Numbered from the stretch's first letter, positions 18,038 to 27,027 are shown. The stretch is DNA of 32,000 nucleotides from Verrucomicrobiota bacterium (GCA_008932965.1 WBXG01000014.1:1-32000), one strand, 5' to 3'. Program-made: numbers and translations. The notes: generated by a model not told the origin, from the sequence alone.

Positions 18038-20590
18038 TCAATGAGTCATATATTTTCCTGTCACACTTCTTGAACACGCAGCCACAGCCTCAGGCGTACC
18101 AGCAATGAGCAGCTCTCCCCCTCCGTCGCCTCCCTCAGGACCAAGATCAATCACCCAGTCAGCAGATTGAATCACAGCGATATGATGCTCGATGACAATG
18201 ACGGTATTTCCTCGATCGCGTAGTTGAAATAAGACTTCCAAGAGTTTTTGAATATCACTTGCGTGCAGTCCTGTGGTCGGCTCATCGAGCAAGTAGAGCG
18301 TCTTTCCTGTTTCTCTTTTGCCAAGTTCAGCAGCTAACTTAAGACGTTGTGCTTCTCCTCCAGAGAGAGTTGTCGCTGATTGTCCTAATTTTAGATAGCC
18401 AAGGCCGACTTCGTGGAGTCGCGCTAATTTTCGATGGATCACGGGAATGGCTCTAAAAAAAGAAAGTGCTTCTTCAACATTCATCTCCAGCACATCTGCA
18501 ATACTGCGCCCTTTAAAGGTAATTTCAAGAGCTTCACGTTGAAAGCGTCGTCCTTCGCAAACATCACAAGGGACAAAAACATCGGCTAAGAAATGCATTT
18601 CAATACGACGCATCCCCTCACCCCGACAATGCTCACAACGGCCACCTTTTACATTACAGGAAAAATATCCTGGTCTATATCCACGCACTTTTGCAGCTGG
18701 TAAATTCGTGAAAAGATCGCGAATCAACCCAAAAATTTCGATGTAGGTTGCAGGATTGGAGCGTGGTGTCTTCCCAATAGGGCTTTGATCAACAACAATG
18801 ATTTTATCAATCTGTTCGCAACCCAAAAGAGTATCATGCTTACCGACTGCTATTTTAGAATGATGGAGTTGCTTCATCACAGCTGGATAGAGAATTTTAT
18901 TCACAAGCGTTGATTTTCCACTTCCGGAGACTCCTGTAACAGACGTCACGAGGCCTATTGGAAATCCAACAGTGAGATTTTTTAAATTATTTTCACAAGC
19001 TCCCACAACCGTAATCCAGCCAGGATGAGGGGCTAGGAGAGGTGGAGCTGAACACCGTTTTGCAGGAGCCCCAATCCTTAATGCTCCGCTCAAGTAACGA
19101 CCCGATAAGGAACGCGGGTTTGCGATGATTTGCTCCAGTGTTCCTGCAGCCATGATCTCTCCCCCCTCTAATCCAGCTCCAGGACCCATATCAATAATGT
19201 AATCGGCTGCACGCATCGTCTCCTCATCATGCTCCACCACAATCACACTATTTCCTAAATTTCGCAAATCATAGAGAGTCTTGAGTAGACGTGTGTGATC
19301 ACGTGGATGCAGACCAATACTCGGTTCATCTAGAACATAGAGAACACCTGAGAGAGCTGATCCCACTTGTGTTGCTAAGCGAAGACGTTGCGTCTCACCA
19401 CCCGAGAGCGTCCCACTTTCACGATGGAGTGTTATATAACCAAGCCCTACCTCTTCTAGAAAATGCAACCGTTTTAGAATTTCTTGAATCACTTCTTGAA
19501 CGACCAGATATTCAGATTCCGAAAAGAAAATATGTTCACATACTTTTTTTGCCTGAGTGAGTGAGAGTTGACAGAAATCATGAATGTTCCACTCACGTCG
19601 ATACTGCTCGGTTTGCTCGACAATGGTCACTGCTATTATTTCAGGACGAAAACGCTTCCCCTGACAGACAGGACAAATCAACGTTTTAGAAGGATGAGGG
19701 AGCAGCCCCCCTCCTTGGCAATGGGGACAGGCTCCTAGCAGACTATTAAAAGAAAAACTTTTGGGAATCAGCGGAGGCATTGTAAAGCCAGTTTTAGGAT
19801 TACAAAAATCAGTGGAAAAATAACGTTCTTCCCAAAGGTCACTTCCTGGGCATTGTGTCAAATTTAGGATACGATTTTTTCCCCACCGTAAGGCAGTGCC
19901 AAGAGAATCGTGCAAACGTTGTCCAATACCCTCTCCGACAATGAGCCGATCTACCACCACTTCCAGCTGGTGTACTTTCTTTTTTGAAAAAGAAAAAGTA
20001 TCCGCTTCCTCAGTACTCACGATAGTCCCATCAATCCGCATCCTTACGAATCCTTCACGCCGCACGCGGTCCAGCACCTCTTCATACGACTCACCTTCAG
20101 CACGCGCAAGTGGAGAGAGGAGCATCATCCTTGTTCCTGTAGGAAATTTTAAAATCTCATCAGCAATTTGTTGGAGTGACTGTCTTTGAATAACCTCCCC
20201 ACTTTTGGGATCATGTGCTACTCCTACAGATGCAAAAAGGAGCCTCAAATAATCATAGATTTCTGTTGTTGTAGCGACCGTTGAACGAGCACTAGGAGAG
20301 GCCATATGTTGACCGATAGCAATGGCAGGTGATAATCCCTCAATAAAGTCAACATCTGGCCGTTGCAAGCGATCAAGAAACTGACGTGCATAGGCAGAAA
20401 GAGTCTCTACATAACGCCTCTGCCCTTCGGCAAAAAGGGTATCAAAGGCCAGAGAGGATTTTCCCGAACCACTTGGTCCAGTGATCACCACCAACTGATT
20501 TTTAGGAATCGAGAGATCGAGGTTTTTTAAATTATGCTGACGTGCTCCTTTAATACGAATAACGCCCGAAGAGGAAAAAATATTTTTCAT
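18038..20590 (-). CDS. uvrA: Excinuclease ABC subunit A (short, 850 aa; lacks the insertion domain)
   Basis: Two ABC ATPase modules: Walker A 'GPSGSGKSS' and 'GVSGSGKST', signatures 'LSGGETQR' and 'LSGGEAQR', Walker B 'LYVLDEPSIGLH' and 'LYLLDEPTTGLH'. The C-terminal zinc module is 'CEHCRGEG...CDVCEGRR'. Confidence 0.95.
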   Translation of the reverse strand: MKNIFSSSGVIRIKGARQHNLKNLDLSIPKNQLVVITGPSGSGKSSLAFDTLFAEGQRRYVETLSAYARQFLDRLQRPDVDFIEGLSPAIAIGQHMASPSARSTVATTTEIYDYLRLLFASVGVAHDPKSGEVIQRQSLQQIADEILKFPTGTRMMLLSPLARAEGESYEEVLDRVRREGFVRMRIDGTIVSTEEADTFSFSKKKVHQLEVVVDRLIVGEGIGQRLHDSLGTALRWGKNRILNLTQCPGSDLWEERYFSTDFCNPKTGFTMPPLIPKSFSFNSLLGACPHCQGGGLLPHPSKTLICPVCQGKRFRPEIIAVTIVEQTEQYRREWNIHDFCQLSLTQAKKVCEHIFFSESEYLVVQEVIQEILKRLHFLEEVGLGYITLHRESGTLSGGETQRLRLATQVGSALSGVLYVLDEPSIGLHPRDHTRLLKTLYDLRNLGNSVIVVEHDEETMRAADYIIDMGPGAGLEGGEIMAAGTLEQIIANPRSLSGRYLSGALRIGAPAKRCSAPPLLAPHPGWITVVGACENNLKNLTVGFPIGLVTSVTGVSGSGKSTLVNKILYPAVMKQLHHSKIAVGKHDTLLGCEQIDKIIVVDQSPIGKTPRSNPATYIEIFGLIRDLFTNLPAAKVRGYRPGYFSCNVKGGRCEHCRGEGMRRIEMHFLADVFVPCDVCEGRRFQREALEITFKGRSIADVLEMNVEEALSFFRAIPVIHRKLARLHEVGLGYLKLGQSATTLSGGEAQRLKLAAELGKRETGKTLYLLDEPTTGLHASDIQKLLEVLFQLRDRGNTVIVIEHHIAVIQSADWVIDLGPEGGDGGGELLIAGTPEAVAACSRSVTGKYMTH

Positions 20591-20616
20591 AACATCACAA
20601 ATCCTTACCTAAACTA

Positions 20617-20795
20617 ACCCGGATATTTCATGCTAATGGTGACGAGGAGGCCGCGAAGGTTGATAGAGGAGGGCACGCGATCAAGTCTGACGAGATAGGC
20701 GTTTGTACACACTGCCCAAGGAAGACTTCGAATCCAACGCTCTATTCATAGAGCTTTGCACATGCCTTTATAAATTGAGTGTGAAATATCCGGTA
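20617..20795 (+). mobile_element. MITE-like repeat, 179-bp copy between tRNA-Ser and the uvrA start
   Basis: 'AC-TA|ACCCGGATATTTCATGCTAATGGTGACGAGGAGGCCGCGAAGG ... GAGTGTGAAATATCCGGT(A)|TA-G'. The right boundary is ambiguous by 1-2 nt. It starts 26 nt upstream of the uvrA ATG. Confidence 0.85.
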
Positions 20796-20829
20796 TAGCG
20801 GAGCAGTCGCATTCATGAGTAACAAAAAC

Positions 20830-20916
20830 TGGTGAGGGAGGGATTCGAACCCTCGGTACCTTTTACAGTACGGCGCTTTAGCAAAGCGCTGCTTTCGACC
20901 ACTCAGCCACCTCACC
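20830..20916 (-). tRNA. tRNA-Ser (anticodon GCU), class II with long variable arm
   Basis: The reverse complement reads GGTGAGG-T-GGCTGAGTGGTCGAAAGC-A-GCGCT-TTGCTAA-AGCGC-CGTACTGTAAAAGGTAC-CGAGG-GTTCGAATC-CCTC(C)-CCTCACC-A. It has a 7-bp acceptor stem, an anticodon loop with GCT, a long variable arm and a GTTCGAATC T-loop. No CCA is encoded. Confidence 0.9.
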
Positions 20917-21047
20917 TAAGATTATTATTTCAAGAGCGAGGATTCTGTAAGAGAGGACTCGCAAGGTCAACTTGAAAGCTGCTTAGGAATAAAAATAGGG
21001 GTATCCCAACATGGGGTTCCTACTCTACTCTCTAACTATTCATTTTT

Positions 21048-22097
21048 ATGATGACTTCAATGCCTCCTGTTAAGACAACTGCGAAACAACTCCTTATTAC
21101 CGGATCTACCGGCTTTGTAGGACGCAATTTGCTGATTCACGCTCTGAAGGATCCGAGCTGGTCTCAAATCATTCTTCCTGTCAGAAATCCAAAGAAACTT
21201 CTTGAACAACTCCACCAGGATCATCTCCATGGGTATTTAGATCGCTTGCACCTCTGCACCGTGAGCAACAATACATGGAACTTAGAAGGGATCGAGGATC
21301 TTGACCTAGCGATTCACTGTGCTGGACTCACCTTCTCTCGTGACCGAGATCCTTATTTTGCAACACATGTAGAGGGCTCTCTCCATCTGCTAGAATCACT
21401 CCCAAAGCACTCGCGTCTCCTTGTACTCTCCTCCCAATCAGCAGCTGGACCGAGCTCTAAGATTATCCCAATACGTAGAGAAAACCATCTTGAAAAACCC
21501 CTCACCTGGTATGGAAAATCGAAATTAGCAATGGAAAAAAATCTCTCGCTGCTCGCCTATGAACGGCTTCTTATCCTGCGTCCTCCTATGATTCTTGGCC
21601 CCCGTGATACGGCGACAGTTCCCCTTTTTAACATGGCTAAGGGACGAGTACGTTTTAAACCTGGTTTTAAAAAAAAGGAATATAGTTGGATTGCGGTCGA
21701 TGACTTATGTGATGCAATACTTCTTGCTGCAAGGAACGATTGGAGCTCCCTTCCCCAGCGTTGTTATTTTTTAGCACATCCAAAAACATTGACTGATGTC
21801 GCATTGCTTAAGACAACAGCTGAAATAATTCATGCAAGTGGTATTACTCTTCCTTTACCTCATGCTCTGATCCAATGCATTTCAAGAGTAGCTGATCTGG
21901 TACCAACGCTGAGAGAAGCCCTTCCTAGCTTGGGTCGTGATCGGGTTAAAGAAATATTTGAACAGCGTTGGGTGATTGATGGAAAACCTTTCGAACGCGA
22001 TTTTCAGTGGAAAGCTCAAAAAGATCTTCGTGAGACTTTACAAGAAACAGCTGTTTGGTTAGAGAGAAACAGAAGTTCGAAGAGTAAATCGCAATAG
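21048..22097 (+). CDS. NAD(P)-dependent epimerase/dehydratase family (extended SDR) protein
   Basis: 349-aa ORF. Rossmann motif 'LLITGSTGFVGRNLL' and catalytic 'YGKSK' (YxxxK). The substrate cannot be determined from sequence. Confidence 0.8.
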   Translation: MMTSMPPVKTTAKQLLITGSTGFVGRNLLIHALKDPSWSQIILPVRNPKKLLEQLHQDHLHGYLDRLHLCTVSNNTWNLEGIEDLDLAIHCAGLTFSRDRDPYFATHVEGSLHLLESLPKHSRLLVLSSQSAAGPSSKIIPIRRENHLEKPLTWYGKSKLAMEKNLSLLAYERLLILRPPMILGPRDTATVPLFNMAKGRVRFKPGFKKKEYSWIAVDDLCDAILLAARNDWSSLPQRCYFLAHPKTLTDVALLKTTAEIIHASGITLPLPHALIQCISRVADLVPTLREALPSLGRDRVKEIFEQRWVIDGKPFERDFQWKAQKDLRETLQETAVWLERNRSSKSKSQ

Positions 22098-22162
22098 GAT
22101 TCTAACACAGCATCCATCTGAATTCCCGGCTTCCGTAGGTGATCGTGATGAAATATGCGGGT
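22098..22162 (+). mobile_element. MITE-like repeat, right-half fragment filling the gap between two convergent stop codons
   Basis: 'GATTCTAACACAGCATCCATCTGAATTCCCGGCTTCCGTAGGTGATCGTGATGAAATATGCGGGT|TA' matches the right 65 bp of 16538..16715. It starts immediately after the epimerase TAG, and its last base plus the flanking TA form the TAA stop of the 743-aa ORF. Confidence 0.85.
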
Positions 22163-24393
22163 TAAGGAAACGCTGGAACCGTGTAGGGAATATCACCTGC
22201 ATAGGGATAAAGATTGATGACATAAAGTCCACTTGAAGAGCCGGTAGGGTCGCCCCCTTTTTCTTTTGCGTTAAGCACTCGTTGATAAGCTTCGCAAGCA
22301 ATTCTTGTGACTCTTGCTTGCATTTCTGGATGATCTTCATAGTGACGCATGACGCAATAGATAGCTTTTAATTCAGCCAGTCGTTCTTGGACGTAAGGTT
22401 CTATGGGATCACTAGAAGGACTTGAATTTTTGAGTTTTTGATAATGATTTTTTATATCACTGAGTACATTTTGATAACTCAGCTCTTGGGTGGTTACTCT
22501 GGGGCCAGGCTTATAGAGCAATTGACCATCTGATTGTGATTGGCTTTCCAATTTATTTGCATAGGTGATTTCGGCACGGCTTTTAGAGTTTAAGTAGCGA
22601 GCACTTAAATAAACAGTAAATTGTCTAGGCATCGAAGCAGAAGTAACGACTCGATTTACTATTTTAAAAGTACGACTTTCAAAACCGACCCCTGAAGTGA
22701 TTTCCTCGTTGAGTTGGTCTTCATTCTCTACGCTATCTTGGGCTTGATGCGCTATTTCAGGAAGATTGTCGGCGCTTGTCATTCCCAATAAATGTCGGGT
22801 GTCATCGACTAAATGAACCACATCATGAGTTAAATCATTACCTGTTCCATGTAACGCAGCCTCTGAAGCATAATAACCAGATAAAAGAAATAATTCATGG
22901 CTGAGTGCTTCTGAATAGGGAATCCCAGTCGCAGCAACGGCATGATCGATCACACCACCCACAAGAGTATTCTGAATACTTTCACCTAGCATGGCACCAA
23001 CAGTTGTATGATATGCAATATTAGCACCAGCATTGGCACCCGTGAGAGCATTCACATCACTCTGGGGGCTCAAGGCCTCATCAACCTTAGCATCCCAATA
23101 AGTTGTTACATAACCAACACCCCAACCAGCAGCCACCCCTGCAATGATACCAATCCCGAGAGCTCCAACCGGAAGTAATGCCGTGCCAAGGGCTCCTGTT
23201 GCCAGTGGTGCTCCCAAGTGTGCTACAGCAGTAGTAACTGCAGGGCCAACTGAGTAGCCTTTTAAAAGCATTCCTATTTTGATGAGATCTCCAGGGGTTT
23301 TTAGTAACTCTTTTCCAGTTTCAGTCAGTTTCTTTAAACAGCGTTGTTCCTCAAGTGATAGTTTTTCAAATTTTTCCTCTGCCTCACATCTTACACGATT
23401 TTCTCTGTGTTCGCTCAGTATACCCGATTGCAAAGGAATGAGTTCAGCCACGCGATCCAAACCTGCGTAACAGTCATCGATCATCGCTTTTGCTTGACGA
23501 TAGCCTAGAGGAGAGTTCGGCTCGTGTTGAAGAAAGGGTTGAGGGAGTTGATCTCCAAATTGAGCTTGAATGGCTTGAGAAAATCTTTTCCAGATCGCTC
23601 GTGACTGATCTTCCGTTGGTGGTTCTTGTTGAAAAAGTATTTTATTCTCTTCATCTGTTAGCAAAAAACCATCCTCCTCTTGGCATAAAATATCAGTAAA
23701 AGGCTTCAGTAAATGGTGAGCATTCTCTCTAGCGCTCTGAGCAAGAACATAAGTCCCCTCCAGCATCTCCTCTCTGGCTTGGGGATCTAGATTTTTAATA
23801 TCTTCAAACGCATCACTCAGTGAATGAGCTACCTCATTAAAAGCTGGAGGTTCCTGATTTGAGGAGTGGCTAGAAATCTGCCCAACTTGCTCTGCCTCTC
23901 TTGTTTTGATTTCTTGAAAAGCTTGGTAAGCCTCTAAGGCAACTCTAGAAATCTCATTTTTGACTTTTTCTAAGTTCTCCGCTGAAGAGTTGTTAGGAAT
24001 CCCTACCTTGATTCTAATAGCTTCCTCGTGAAATTTTTTAAGATTGTTGTTAGGTGAACGATCACTTCTGGAATTTTTTTGAAGCTCCTTATCCATGATT
24101 TGTATTGCTTTGATTTTGGTTATAGCAAGGCTCCTAATTGCCTCACGATCATCATTCTCTTGTTCACCATTGTGATGATTGTAATAGGAGCGATTGGTAT
24201 ATCCAAACCAACTACCCAAAAAGGAGAGACGACTCCTTTCCGTTTCTTTCACTTTTCCTGAGGAATTATTGGGCGATACTTGCTTCAATGATCCAGAAGA
24301 ACTGACAGTGGCATTATCATTAGATTTAGAGGTAAAGGGATAAAAACTAGGTAAACTAGAAATAATCCGCGAAAATAAATTTTGTGCGCTCAT
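22162..24393 (-). CDS. Hypothetical 743-aa protein with a Ser/Asn-rich N-terminus, helical middle region and central glycine-zipper hydrophobic hairpin
   Basis: Long uninterrupted ORF with no family motif that I recognise. Residues about 372-433 read 'IGMLLKGYSVGPAVTTAVAHLGAPLATGALGTALLPVGALGIGIIAGVAAGWGVGYVTTYW'. There is no classical signal peptide. Confidence 0.7.
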   Translation of the reverse strand: MSAQNLFSRIISSLPSFYPFTSKSNDNATVSSSGSLKQVSPNNSSGKVKETERSRLSFLGSWFGYTNRSYYNHHNGEQENDDREAIRSLAITKIKAIQIMDKELQKNSRSDRSPNNNLKKFHEEAIRIKVGIPNNSSAENLEKVKNEISRVALEAYQAFQEIKTREAEQVGQISSHSSNQEPPAFNEVAHSLSDAFEDIKNLDPQAREEMLEGTYVLAQSARENAHHLLKPFTDILCQEEDGFLLTDEENKILFQQEPPTEDQSRAIWKRFSQAIQAQFGDQLPQPFLQHEPNSPLGYRQAKAMIDDCYAGLDRVAELIPLQSGILSEHRENRVRCEAEEKFEKLSLEEQRCLKKLTETGKELLKTPGDLIKIGMLLKGYSVGPAVTTAVAHLGAPLATGALGTALLPVGALGIGIIAGVAAGWGVGYVTTYWDAKVDEALSPQSDVNALTGANAGANIAYHTTVGAMLGESIQNTLVGGVIDHAVAATGIPYSEALSHELFLLSGYYASEAALHGTGNDLTHDVVHLVDDTRHLLGMTSADNLPEIAHQAQDSVENEDQLNEEITSGVGFESRTFKIVNRVVTSASMPRQFTVYLSARYLNSKSRAEITYANKLESQSQSDGQLLYKPGPRVTTQELSYQNVLSDIKNHYQKLKNSSPSSDPIEPYVQERLAELKAIYCVMRHYEDHPEMQARVTRIACEAYQRVLNAKEKGGDPTGSSSGLYVINLYPYAGDIPYTVPAFP

Positions 24394-24652
24394 GATAAAT
24401 CAGTAGAAAAGAAATTACTCGGTAGTATTACTATGGACCCAATATCCGATAGATTCTTAAGATAGTAAGAGGAAATAAAAGAAGGTAGGATGCCCTCATT
24501 TCTAGAATGCGTTACAGCTATCTTGGTAATACAGATCAAGGACCTTGTTAAAATTGGTCAAAACTGATTTTTTATTCAAATATTTTTTACCCTCACTTTC
24601 CGTAACGAAATCTAGCACGCTCTTCTTGAGCAGTTGTGTTGATACAATCACC

Positions 24653-27025
24653 ATGCATTACCTTATTATTATTTTTCTTTTTCACTTAGGAGTTTTAGTA
24701 GCTCAAGAAACAACAATTTCTACTTCTTCCAAAGCAGTTGAACCTCTCAACCAAACTTCAACACGAGCCGAACTCTCCTCAAAGCTTCTATTAGAGCAAA
24801 AGCAATCCTCCCTTTCTGCCAAGTCTACCACTACAGGACCAGGAACTGACCTTGCTAACCAAGCTTCGTTAGAGAAATTACCCCACGTCTCGGCAGCAAT
24901 TTTACGAACAAAACTCCAGCAGGAGAAGGATCCCTCACAACGCCATCAAATAGCGTTACGTCTTGCAGAGATTCTACTCCAGGAACAACGTCCCGCTGAG
25001 GCTCTCTCAATCCTAGAGTCGAAGGATATTGACTCACCTCAAGAGGGAGAGCAGGACACGATGGTTCTATTCTGGAAAGCTCAAGCCCTACTTGCATTGC
25101 AGCGGCCTGCAGAGGCTATTGCATTACTTGAAAAACTAGTTTTGATATTTCATTCCAATCTCACTCCAGAACTTTCCACTCAACAAACTCAAGATTATCT
25201 CGAAGCCTCTCAAATGAGCTTAGTTCGTGCCTACCGTGCACAAAGTGACTTTGCAAAAGCCATATCAGTGCTCGATACTATTACTCCCAATGGCCCCATG
25301 GCGGCTCTAGTCTTGCAAGAACGAATAGCAACTTTACTAGCCCTTCAAAAAAACAGTGATGTTGAACAACTCTTTAAAACCATCTCACCACAGACACTTT
25401 CAAAGCAACCACGCCTGGCCTATCTTTTTGCGCTATGTGCAGCACAACAAGGGGACAATACTGAAGCTCTGAAGCGATTTTCAAAAGTGGAGGCTGTTGA
25501 TCCTTGGACCTCCTCCGCTGCTATTTCAGGAATCGTTCATTGTGATATTTCCCTTAATAAACCTGCGGAAGCACAATTAATTTTAGAAAAATATTTGCAA
25601 GAGAATCCAGAATCTCCACGGGTAGCAGAATTGATGACTCAGTTAGAGCAGCTCTATATTCTTCAAAATAACAATGACATAACCCTTTTTCAAAAGTGGT
25701 CCCAAGATACAACACAACCCTGGCGTGCCTCCTATGCGCTACTTCCCTACGCACGAACCATGGAACGTCTTGGACATCGAGATAAAGCCGATGAATTGTG
25801 CACCATTTTTTTAACCACCTATCCTCATCATGCCCTTAACAATGAGGCTTTATTAGAACTGGCTCAGAGCAAACTCTTGCAAGGAGATCCTCAAGGAGCC
25901 CTCTCCTATATTGGTGATAGACCTGATATGGCTTCTTCAATGCGGGCCCGCTACGCTTTTCAAAGGGGTTTAGCAGAATCAGCATTGAAACATCCTGAAC
26001 AAGCCAAAAAAGCGTTTATTGAAGCGGCTTCTTTTGATCCCCATCTCTCAGAGGATGCCTTGTACAATCAATCGCTTCTTCAAATTACCCCTGACATTGA
26101 GAATTCCATGACACCACTCAAAAATGCACACGACCAAAATGCTCATGAAAATGAGGAGTATCTAGCTGTTCTTTCCACAGATCAAGGAACTCGTCAAAGT
26201 GCAATTTCAGTGATTAAAGCATCTCGTCATTTTCTAGAAACCTACCCTCAATCCCCCTTCTCCAATGAAGTGAGGATGAAACTGGGGGAAGCCTTGCTGG
26301 CCTTTGGCAATGTTAGGGAAGCACGCTTAGAACTAGAAACAGTAGGAAAATTAGAGCCTTCTTCTGAACTAGGAAGGCAAGCACTTTTCCTAGCTGCCCA
26401 AGCAGCGTCACGCAGCATGGATCCTAAGTCCATTGATGATGCTTTGATGCTTTTAGAACAAATCGCTCAAAGCCCTCATGCAGGAGCTGATGTTTGGCAA
26501 GCAAGATTAGATCAAGCTGCGTTAAAAAATGCTCAAGCATTGCCACTAGAAGCAATTGCTATTTACGATCAGATTTTGGCTTCACAGGAACCCTCTCCTC
26601 AATTACGTAATACCGCACACATGGCAAAAGGAGACACGCTCTATGGACTGGGCACCAAAGATCGTGCTAATTATCAAGCGGCCATCAACGTCTGGCGCCA
26701 GCTAGCCGATGAACCCAACATCGCTCCCTACTGGCGCAATCAAGCGCTCTGTAAAATAGGATTAACTGATGAAAAATTAGGCGATGTCGACTCTGCTCTT
26801 ACAGCTTATTATGAAGCACTGAAGACTCCATTAAACCAAGAAACAGAGCTGCTCTGGCATGATAAATCAGCTTTTGAAGCAGCACGCTTGTTAGAGTCAA
26901 GAAAGCAATGGAGTGAAGCAATTCGACTTTATCAACAAATTGTTTCTGAAGGGGGCCCTCGTGCTTATGAGGCGCAGGAAAAAGTGAGCAAGCTTCGTTT
27001 AGAGAATTTTCTCTGGGAAAAATAG
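24653..27025 (+). CDS. Secreted tetratricopeptide-repeat (TPR) protein
   Basis: The ORF track starts at a TTG (24545). The ATG at 24653 gives a typical signal peptide 'MHYLIIIFLFHLGVLVAQE'. The remainder has many 34-aa TPR-like helical repeats ('AEALSILE', 'AEAIALLEKL', 'GDNTEALKRFSKVEAVDP', 'PEQAKKAFIEAASFDP', 'WSEAIRLYQQIV'). Confidence 0.75.
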   Translation: MHYLIIIFLFHLGVLVAQETTISTSSKAVEPLNQTSTRAELSSKLLLEQKQSSLSAKSTTTGPGTDLANQASLEKLPHVSAAILRTKLQQEKDPSQRHQIALRLAEILLQEQRPAEALSILESKDIDSPQEGEQDTMVLFWKAQALLALQRPAEAIALLEKLVLIFHSNLTPELSTQQTQDYLEASQMSLVRAYRAQSDFAKAISVLDTITPNGPMAALVLQERIATLLALQKNSDVEQLFKTISPQTLSKQPRLAYLFALCAAQQGDNTEALKRFSKVEAVDPWTSSAAISGIVHCDISLNKPAEAQLILEKYLQENPESPRVAELMTQLEQLYILQNNNDITLFQKWSQDTTQPWRASYALLPYARTMERLGHRDKADELCTIFLTTYPHHALNNEALLELAQSKLLQGDPQGALSYIGDRPDMASSMRARYAFQRGLAESALKHPEQAKKAFIEAASFDPHLSEDALYNQSLLQITPDIENSMTPLKNAHDQNAHENEEYLAVLSTDQGTRQSAISVIKASRHFLETYPQSPFSNEVRMKLGEALLAFGNVREARLELETVGKLEPSSELGRQALFLAAQAASRSMDPKSIDDALMLLEQIAQSPHAGADVWQARLDQAALKNAQALPLEAIAIYDQILASQEPSPQLRNTAHMAKGDTLYGLGTKDRANYQAAINVWRQLADEPNIAPYWRNQALCKIGLTDEKLGDVDSALTAYYEALKTPLNQETELLWHDKSAFEAARLLESRKQWSEAIRLYQQIVSEGGPRAYEAQEKVSKLRLENFLWEK

Positions 27026-27027
27026 AT

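Noticed and set aside
17886-18108. Two overlapping small ORFs (17886..18077 on - and 17902..18108 on +) between hisG and uvrA
   Set aside because: Both lie on the 143-bp MITE copy and extend into the uvrA 3' end. They are open because the repeat family is stop-poor, and nothing indicates independent genes.
20796-21047. A genomic island, integrase or prophage junction at tRNA-Ser(GCU)
   Set aside because: No integrase, direct repeat of the tRNA 3' end or phage-like ORF flanks the tRNA. The only mobile DNA nearby is the MITE at 20617..20795.
24545-24652. A TTG-initiated 36-codon N-terminal extension of the TPR protein in the ORF track
   Set aside because: The ATG at 24653 yields a canonical signal peptide directly at the N-terminus. 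The extension is low-complexity and would bury the signal peptide.
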